This document shows positions 63,280 through 64,000 of a DNA stretch of 64,000 bases, piece after piece. The stretch's first letter is position 1; each line of letters starts with the position of its first letter. The DNA is from Raillietiella orientalis (Eukaryota). A program made the translations under genes and the position numbers. The stretch spans positions 3,472,001 to 3,536,000 of the forward strand of contig JAYWIR010000007.1 in assembly GCA_036172245.1 (NCBI GenBank), given 5' to 3'. A model generated the notes under the pieces. That model was given only the letters and a program-made list of their open reading frames with translations, searched no databases and was not told the origin of the DNA.

Positions 63280-64000
63280 AGAGGTTTCTCATCCGGATTT
63301 GCCGGTGCATTTATTATAAAAAATTATAATAAAAGTCATGATGCTTACAGAATCGTGGTAGAACACTTGGTAATATCACGGGCGAAGGACTTGCCAAAAA
63401 CCGGTACTCAGACCGGTGAGGTCCACTCCAGAGGCAAAGGAGGAGGGAAAACCAAATAAAAAGACAAAAAAAGGGGGGGAGGAGTTTTTCGGGGAAAGGG
63501 GACGGGGAAGGGATCATTGTTCTTCTGGAGACGTCCTCTGCATCCTGCTCACGATGCTGACAAGTTCTGTATTCTTTGGTTTCAGTTGATACCATCGGGA
63601 AGCGGTCTTCAAGAAGATTTCCGTCCAATGGATGGCATCCCTGATACTGTGGCCTCTTCTTCTGGCGTTCCAGATACCCACAATTCCACACATCAGAGAA
63701 TTGCTAGAGATGCGGCTGGCGGCAGGGCGTCATGCATGAAGAGGCTCTGGAAAATGTACTTAGGGTCGCCTACCGGGATTTCAAGGATTTACGAGAGTCG
63801 ATCCCAAAGGTCTCAGAGGCCGACAGTATATTGGCAAGTGCGGGGAGGTCTCCTTCTCTCCGCAACTTTCGCAATTGGCATCCACATTCTCAAGTGTTCA
63901 ATGCATGGGATTTCTCAATGCAACAATTGCAGCGCCACCTCTTGCCACTTCAGAGGGAGGGTGCCAACACGCTGGAAGCCACTTCACCTCCTCCGGAGGT
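63280..64000 (-). mobile_element. 3' end of L1/Tx1-type element (zf-RVT and 3' UTR); runs off the window
   Basis: 'NCESCGE..TSPHLPIYC' zf-RVT. 3' UTR GAACTTGTCAGCATC...GGATGCAGAGGACG...TGATCCCTTCCC matches 9531-9594. Confidence 0.8.

Overview
This is eukaryotic genomic DNA, most likely an arthropod with a compact genome (many 41-90 nt GT-AG introns; the MAGUK resembles insect Varicose). The species cannot be determined from the sequence. I reconstructed six host genes by reading exons and splice sites: a p55 MAGUK (vari/PALS2-like, +), Rab5 (+), eIF6 (+), an RNF212/Zip3-family meiotic RING gene (-), mitochondrial pyruvate dehydrogenase phosphatase (-) and a RecQ4-like gene (-). Roughly half the window is GC/CpG-rich, heavily decayed L1/Tx1-type non-LTR retrotransposon (gag-like ORF1; APE-RT-zf ORF2), and most short ORFs in the track are shadows of these. 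Main observations: (1) the RecQ4-like gene has open, correctly phased helicase exons, yet the Q motif, Walker A, DEAH, motif III and motif VI are all substituted, suggesting a conserved pseudo-helicase; (2) a 4.3-kb inversion inside a retroelement carries an apparently exact 1,410-bp inverted duplication, and its breakpoints rejoin in frame through the endonuclease; (3) the retroelement family lacks poly(A) tails, shares a small hairpin after its T-rich 3' tract, carries an antisense tRNA-like segment in at least one copy, and sits in head-to-tail runs. TE boundaries are approximate. All homology calls come from motif recognition by eye, not from database searches.
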